Source: the human T2T-CHM13v2.0 reference genome, Homo sapiens
Assembly: GCF_009914755.1 (NCBI RefSeq)
Contig: NC_060930.1
DNA length: 64,000 nucleotides
Direction: 5' to 3' (one strand)
The translations under genes and the position numbers were made by a program. A model generated the notes under the pieces. The model was given only the letters and a program-made list of their open reading frames with translations. It made no database searches and had not been told where the DNA came from. Each line of letters opens with the position of its first letter. Positions within the stretch are counted from its first letter, which is position 1. Positions 56,331 to 64,000 of the stretch are shown here, in pieces.

Positions 56331-57325
56331 AAAAGTGAAAGATAATGCCAGAGGAATTTGAAGCTGATGATGCACTGAAAGTAACCATGACAATAATAAT
56401 AAATTAAAAACCCAGCTCTTAATTAAATTGATTCAACTTTCCGGGCATAACTATTATTTTCCTTAGGCTCACTGTTAGACACACTATGTCTGACAATCAC
56501 AAATTTATGAGATACACAGAAATCAATGGAACAAAAGCCCTCATGAAGAGACAAAGCAATGAACACATCCAGACTCAGAGGTGATCTAGATATTGAAACT
56601 ATCTGACAGGTTTAAAATACATATGATTAACATGTTAGATGTTTTAATATGGAAAAGGTAGAAACATGCAGTGGCAGATTGGAAATTTTAGTAAAGAGAT
56701 GGAAAGTATGGGAAAGAGTCAAATGAAAATGCTAGAAACAAAACATATGGAGATGAAGAATGCCTTCATCAGTTGCCTTGATACAGCTTAGAAGATAATT
56801 AGTGAATTTGAAGATAGGCCAATAGCAATTACTCAAACTGAAATTCAAAGAGAAAAAAGATTGTAAGAAATAAAAACAGAGCATCCAGGAGTTTGAGATA
56901 ATATCAAACAGTCTAACATAGGTGTAATTGGAATCTCCAAAGAGGAAAAGAGAGAGCATAGAGTACAATAATATATGAAGATATAATGGTTGAGAATTTT
57001 TCAAGAATAATAAAATATATCAAACCATAGACCCAAGAATATTAAAGAACCATATTCAGGATGAATACCCCCCAAAATCACTTAGATACACTATACTCAA
57101 ACACCTAAAAACCAAGGATAGACAAAAAACTTGAAAACTGGCAGAATTTTTTTAAAAAAATCATAGGGAAACGTATTACATAGAGAAGAATGAAGGTTAG
57201 AATTATAGCAGACTTCCTTCAGAAAATCTGAAAGCCAGAGAGTAATGAGTTGATGCCTTCAAAATAATGAAAAACAAAACAAAAAACCTGCCAACCCCAA
57301 ATTTTCTGTCTAGTAAAAATATCTT
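56330..57325 (+). mobile_element. Old L1M 5'/ORF1 fragment
   Basis: attagtgaatttgaagatagg, gtaattggaatctccaaagagg, agaattatagcagacttc are ORF1-type landmarks. Confidence 0.75.
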
Positions 57326-58979
57326 GTCTGGGCCATGATGTCAGCATGGACAGATCTTGAAACCTTTTCTGACTCCCCCAGTTGATTCGGAGCACTTGGC
57401 TTTTCTGAATTTTATAGCTTTCACCTTTTAATCACCTGTTATGTGTCTAATTTTTTCCTGTACTGTCTTGCTTGCTCTCTAGAAATCACATACCTGGGAG
57501 TCTCTAGAAATTCTAGTTGATAGTTTTCAGATGGAAAGAGAATTCGGCTGCACCCTTCTCTGCCTTGCTTAGTGCTGGATTCATGGTAGAAGGTGACATG
57601 TTTAAATCAAACTTCACAGTTGGTTGCTTTAGGCCAGGGAATGGTACATTTTTGTATTTGATAATCTGAGACGCAAGAGTCTGATAGATGAATGGAAAAA
57701 TCGAGACTAAAAAAGCAGTTCCTCCTTTCCCATGACAGATTGTTGCTTTTTATTTTTCTTACAAGCAGAGCTCCTCATTGCTCCCTAGCACTTCCCACCC
57801 TAGTTTTCTCTCTCTGCCTCAAGATTTCTCTTGTTCAGTAAATTTTTGATAAAGTGAATGGGGATAGATGGGAAGGAACTTCTTTTTACTGAGCCCACCC
57901 TATAAACATTGATAATCCCATAGCTGCTTTTCTATGGGATTTGTTTAGTTGAGTAGAGTATCCAAGTTTAGGATTGCTTGTGAGAATAAAGGGGTTTCAA
58001 GAAAGCAGAGGAGAGACACAGGGTTCTGGTAGTGAGAGAACTTTCACAGAGAAGAGATCATAGATCTAAGCAGGGGGGATTGAAAGTTTTGCTGATGTGT
58101 TAAGTAACATTCTGTGAATCCTGCTGACATTGCTAATACTTTAGAAGTTGGATTTATTAGGAGGGGAGGAAAGAGGGTAATGTTGCAAAATGCTGATATT
58201 GGCCTCAAAGAGGGTGCTGGATAAGATCAGTGGTAACTACAGGAAGTCTAGCCCTCATGGATTAATTAAGTAACATTGACATGGTGAAAAGAACAGCTGC
58301 GTTTCTGAGTCTTGCCAAGATCTGCTTGGACATTGTAGAAAAACAACACTTTAAAAATCATTTAATTTTTAAAGTGGGCAGGTGGAAACCTTATTTTAGC
58401 TCCCCAGTAGGAATTACATTTTGAGCCTGGAAGAGTATGCATGCCAAGTTTTGCTTATCAAAATAGAACTGTGGACAGACCTGAAATGATTAGTTTAGTA
58501 GCAAAATCGCCAACTTTAATAAATCAAGATATTTTTGCAAATACAGATAATTTACATGCTTTAAAAATAAACAAAAAACTTATAATTGTACTGAGAAACC
58601 ACAGTTGCAATTGTATATTTAAGAAGTCTGCGTTCTTTTAAGAAGTCTCTTCTCTTCAGGTGTGAGTGCTTTATTCATGGCCAGCAAAGACAGCCAATTA
58701 GCACAAAGACTTTGATGGCCATTAAATAAATGAGGCTGCGGTTGTGCTCACTAGGAAAAAATTCAAAGTCCACATCCAGAGCCCTTCCTGCCGAGATGCA
58801 GCCAGCCCACCTGGCAGGACCCTGCAGTAACACACAGAGAGGCCCTTGCCTACATGTTGCTACATAACAATTTGAGTCGACAGCTGATTTGGAAGGTGTT
58901 TTTGAGATTTGTTGGTCCAATGCGAATATACTTGTGACCATAGTTAACTGAGGCTATTCCCATGGGAGTGTGCAAAAAT

Positions 58980-59515
58980 TGAGGTAAATTTTTTCCAAAG
59001 ATGGCCACATGATTTACATAACTTTACAAGGTGATTTTGCTATCCTTCATCAAGAGATGGGTTTATTTCCTTTTCCTTAAATCTGACTGGCTTTGTTAAC
59101 ACACTTTAAATGATAGAATGTGGTAGAAATAACATTCTGAGATTTTTCAAGCATACACCCTAAGAGTCCTTGTAGCTTTTGTGTTTGCTGTCTCAGAGCC
59201 CAGAGCAACTATTTAAAAATCTTACACTACTGCACTGAAGAGGAAGGCTATGTGGAGAAAAGCCATGGATGATATGAGATTACAAAGGAAGAGAAGCTCA
59301 GCTTTGCCGTAGACACTTTGCCACCCCAATGGAGGCCCCAGACATGAATGTGAAGTTATCATGGGTTCCCCAGCCCCATCTGCGCTGCTCTGGCCTATAT
59401 TATGTGAAGCACAGACTTTTCCCCAAAACAAAATCATAAGCAAGTAAATGATTTTTTGTTATTTTTCAGCCACAGATTTTTGGAGTGGTTTCTTATGCAG
59501 CAATCAATAACCAAT
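58980..59515 (+). mobile_element. MLT1H-like LTR
   Basis: ttccaaagatggccac start; tttggagtggtttcttatgcagcaatcaataacca end. Confidence 0.8.
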
Positions 59516-59559
59516 CTTGAAGTGAGCTAGCATTGTAATAATGATAATAACAATGATGC

Positions 59560-59970
59560 TGATAATCATAGTTAACATCTGTATAGAACCTCATAGGTTT
59601 TGTCAGTGTTTTATTTACCCTGCTTAAATTCATAATTTAATCCCCACAATGACCCTTAGAAGTGGGCATTATAACTTATACCTATTTTTACTGATGAGAA
59701 ACTTGAGGCCTGGAGGGGTTACAAAGTTACAAAGTAGAAATGACTTCGTATGGTATAGATGGGATTGTATGAACACTCTGAGATGATGCTAGGCACTGTC
59801 CTAGGTTCTTTCTATACATTATCTCTGTTAAGTCTCATGAAAATCTGTGAAATAAGTATGAGTTAGTTCCTCAATTTTACAATTAAGTCAACTCAGGCTA
59901 GAAACCTGGTAAATGGGAGAGTCAGCTTTTAAGCCCAGTATATCTCACTCTAAACTCCAGTCTCCTTTCA
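59560..59970 (-). mobile_element. Two tandem MIR fragments
   Basis: ttttactgatgagaaacttgaggc and caattttacaattaagtcaactcaggct cores. Confidence 0.65.
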
Positions 59971-60059
59971 CCCTACAAATGGAGTCCCCTCCTAAAATAT
60001 TCATCTGATTACTCAAAATCGTCTACAGGATATCTTTCTGAAAACTGTTACCAATGTTA

Positions 60060-60610
60060 CATGTATAACAAGGTAAGGCTATGCACTCTCCCCACTCCTG
60101 TGCAATATTGTAATAAAGGTCCTTGCAGTAGGCAAGAAAAAGGAAATAAAATTCATACAGATAAAAAAGATGAAACAAAACTGTCCTTATTCACAGACAA
60201 TATGACTTCCTCTACAAAAATTCCCAAATAATCCATAAAATAAGCCAATAAAACTAATAAATGAATTTAGTAAAGTTCTAGGATACAAGGTTACTATTTA
60301 AAACCGTAATATTTTCATGAATTATCAATAAATATTTAGAAATTAAAATTTAAGTCGGATTACAATAGAGCCAAAACCATGAAATACTTACGAATACATT
60401 TAACAAAAAACATTCAAGATCTGTATGCAGAAACTAAAAAGCATTCATGAAATAAATCAAAGATTTAAATAAGAGATATGTCATGTTCATAGATTGGAAG
60501 ACTAAGTATTATTAATTACCAGTTCTCTCCAAACTTATCTATAGATTAATTTCAATTCCAACCAAAGTCCCAGCAGGATTTCTATTTGTAGAAAACAATA
60601 TAGTGATTCT
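60060..60610 (+). mobile_element. Old L1M ORF2 (RT) fragment
   Basis: ctgtccttattcacagacaatatg (LFADDM-like), atgttcatagattggaagact. Confidence 0.8.
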
Positions 60611-60654
60611 CCAGGTGATTCCATTTTGTAGCTAGAGTTCCAAACTGCTGCACT

Positions 60655-60775
60655 AGACTATAAATTTCTTGTGGCCTGGGACCATCTAATTTGTTGCTGA
60701 ATTTCTAGGATTTGGTACATGGTTGGCATTCAGCATATGTTTAATAGAAATAATAGATGAATGAAGGAATGCAGA
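60655..60775 (+). mobile_element. L2 3' end
   Basis: agactataaatttctt...tggtacatggttggcattcag...gatgaatgaa. Confidence 0.6.
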
Positions 60776-61820
60776 AAAGAGGAAGAGGGTCTGGCCAAAA
60801 CAGGTTCTGAACATGTTGAATTTGAGATGCTGTGATACATCCATGAGATGCCATGTGTAGTGAATGTATAAGGTCCTGTCACTCTAATTCTGGAATGAAC
60901 TATGGGCTGGAACATAAGTAAACATAACAATGTGGCTGGTGGTTTAGGCCAGGTTTAGATATAAACATGGCTCAGGAGAAACAAGAGGGAGGGAAAATAT
61001 AGGCAACAGATTAATGAATAATCCAGTCCCTGAACTCATGGCCTATAATCTTGGTCTAGAAATTGCATCAATTTTACCTCATCTTCTTCTCACATCCCTC
61101 CAAGTACTGGGGCCCTACTTCCTATTAACATTCTATTTGCGATGTCCTACCTGCCTGGCTATAAGTCCCTTGACTTTCTGTACCTCAAAGTCCCAGTGGC
61201 TACCCACTCCCAGGATTGTATCTAGCTCCAGTTCCTTGGCTTTCTAAGTCATTGGTACTCCATTACAGTTATTTCTTTTGCTGAATCATATTATATAACA
61301 TGATGCTTTTAATTGGGAGAAATATAAGATCTCTATGGTTTTCAAAAATATGCCTATATCTTCTTTTTGGAAAAAATTCAGTTAACATTAACTGTATTTA
61401 CTTGGATTTAGCTTTGCAATCACCATTGAAACCAGTAACTATGTTTATCTTTGAGAATAAAAAGGTAAAAACGTTCCACTTATAAATAAGAATATTATCC
61501 ACTTCAAATATGTTTGCTATTTTTATCTCATTACAAATATTTATTTATAATCTGAAATAATCACCACTAGCTGGCTACAAACAGCTTCCTGTTTGCTCCA
61601 TTAAAAAATAAAAAATAAAAATATTTTTATATTTAAATTTTACAAGTTTTAATTTTATATCAAAGAACCAGACAAGACATAGCAAACATATATAAGTTGA
61701 TCTGACTAAGGCAGAAAACTTTTCTTAGATAATTTGTCTGACAAATAAGTTCTCAAGAAAAAACATTCATTAGCTAGTTGCTATTTATTTTTGGTGATCA
61801 TTGTGTTTTTAAAAATACAT

Positions 61821-62120
<300 letters not shown>

Positions 62121-62257
62121 TTAGTTTGTTTAATGCTTGGATGTTTGCCAAATAAATATTTTGAATTTAATATTTTGTTGAGTACTTGCTAAGATGAACA
62201 ATGAGCTCGATGCTGAGAATATTGAGATCAACAGTCCATGTTTTTCAGATACAACTA

Positions 62258-62990
62258 TATCTGTCAGGATTCAATCAGAGAAGCAAAATCAATAGGATAC
62301 ATACATGAATACATAGGTATCTCTCACTATGTCTCTCTCTCTCTATGTGTGCATGTGTGTGTATATATATACTTATCATATATATATATGATAAGTAATA
62401 TATCATAGAGATTCAACCTTATGCAACTGTGGGATCTAAGTCTGTGGGATGCTATTTCTTCTGTACCTGAAGCTGTACCCTGGAGTCTGCAGGGCAGGCA
62501 TTTGGGAAGGGCAAATGGATGTGAAATGGAGGAAGCAAGGCGCTGATGACCTGTAACCCAAAAGGATGGGCTGAAACTCTTGTCAATGTCTCCCCTAAAA
62601 GCCTCCAATTTTGATGTTAAAGTATCTCTAGGTGAAACCAGACTCTTCGTCATAAAGCTTAACATTCTCCTGACCCAGGAGTCCAGGAAGCTGAAGGATG
62701 ACCCAGCAGGGACTGTAGGTGCTGTGGAGGCTGGCCTAGCTGCTCCTCCATGCCATCCAGGCCAGCTGGCAAATGAGCAACACTGTGTGTGAGGCAGCAG
62801 TGCCTCATGTTCTTCCCTGAGCTTGCAGGTATAAAAAGGGAAGATGTTGCTACATCACTTCCACCTTCCAAATCTTGCCTAAGCCTCTTGTGGCCCAGAC
62901 TAAGGGGAAACTATGCTGAGCAGGGGATTCTGGGAAATATGGTTCCAGTCTAGCTAAATTGATGCAATACAATACAGATCTGCCACACAT
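62258..62990 (-). mobile_element. ERVL-type LTR (LTR41/LTR52-like)
   Basis: ggggattctgggaaatatggttccagtctagctaaattga near the end; tgtcaggattcaatcagagaagca plus microsatellite at the other end. Confidence 0.65.
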
Positions 62991-64000
62991 CCTGGTCTCT
63001 TCCTTAGTCAAAGACAGTGAGAGCCACCTGTAAGGGAGTTACAAAGAATACATTCATTTTATTGATAAGGAAGGATACTGAAACTCTAAGAAGTCAAGTG
63101 ATAGCCCCAGGTAATAAAGGGAGGGTGGAGCTAAGACCAGACCATACATGTACTGATTCCTAGCCCTGACCTCTTGCAACCCTCCTGCTGCCTGTAGAGA
63201 AGGGTACAACTCTCAAAAGTGACATTGCTCCCTTATGATATTCATGCAGATTTGATGCATTATTTTTCCAATCTTACCTAGATGAAATTCATATTGAAAT
63301 GATCGGGATGTTTGTCCCAATAAATTTGGGAGGACTAGGTTGTATTCAATGAGAATACCTACAAAATTCTAAAATAATCCATTTAAGTTTTAAAACAATT
63401 TTGCTTTCCTTGATTTATGTTTTCTCTTCACTTTTTCTTCTCTGATAATGGCAAGGAGCACTATTTCAGAAATGGTGTGTGTTATCTGAGTGGACTGCTG
63501 TCTGTGTTTTGGTCCCCTTACTCATTCTAGCATTGCTGGATAATGAGGTCTTACTTCAGAAGGTCAAGGTCTTGAGTTTCTTTATGGATTACACTGTGGG
63601 CAGAGGGAAGAAAGGAGGGGCTAAGAGTAGTGGGTGTATTTAACATCTTAATCCTCAGCAATTGAGAGTTAAAGCTATACAGATAGCCTAATAAGAATTT
63701 ATTTTCATGTAGAAAAAGGGTAACATCCAGACCATAAATTCTTGTAGCCAGGAGTTAAATTTAATTCAACATCAGTCAATCTTCTGTGGAAGGTTAAATA
63801 AAAACCATTTAGCTTCTCTGTATCTGTGCTTCCTTTTATATAAAATGAAACTATTTTTTTCCACTACCTTCTACACATGCAAACTAAAAGTTAATAGAGT
63901 TAGTAATATAACAGTTTGGCTGATACAACAAGCCACTGGTTTGTAAATGCAATCTTATATTTAACCTGGGCTTCCAATCAAGATTGCTGATTCTGATAAG

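Noticed and set aside
58640-58941. Acceptor-like tctcttctcttcag and an 88-aa minus-strand ORF
   Set aside because: No convincing partner splice site or protein similarity.

Overview
AT-rich, gene-poor primate genomic DNA. AluJ/S, MADE1, L1PA2-like and LTR12C-like copies point to human or a great ape. Roughly three quarters of the window is transposable-element sequence. I found no host protein-coding exon, structural RNA gene or CRISPR array; every long ORF in the track is an L1/ERV remnant or a shadow frame. Main architecture: (1) a full-length minus-strand L1PA4-like element (4880-12366) with a solo LTR12C inserted in its 5'UTR/ORF0; (2) an LTR8 scrambled by a local duplication-inversion that copied outside flank into it; (3) a full-length L1PA7-like element (26782-34080) hit in its endonuclease motif by a younger L1 carrying a 39-nt 3' transduction; (4) a 19-kb nest (34.3-53.6 kb) of old L1M, L1MA2-like L1, MER57-like provirus and THE1B, which also holds an L1PA2-like composite insert and a MADE1-bracketed 342-bp captured fragment. 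Family names come from my recollection of consensus sequences, not from a database search. Junctions, TSDs and internal duplications were read directly from the sequence. I see no evidence for a new multi-gene system; the unusual signals are rearrangement and transduction footprints.
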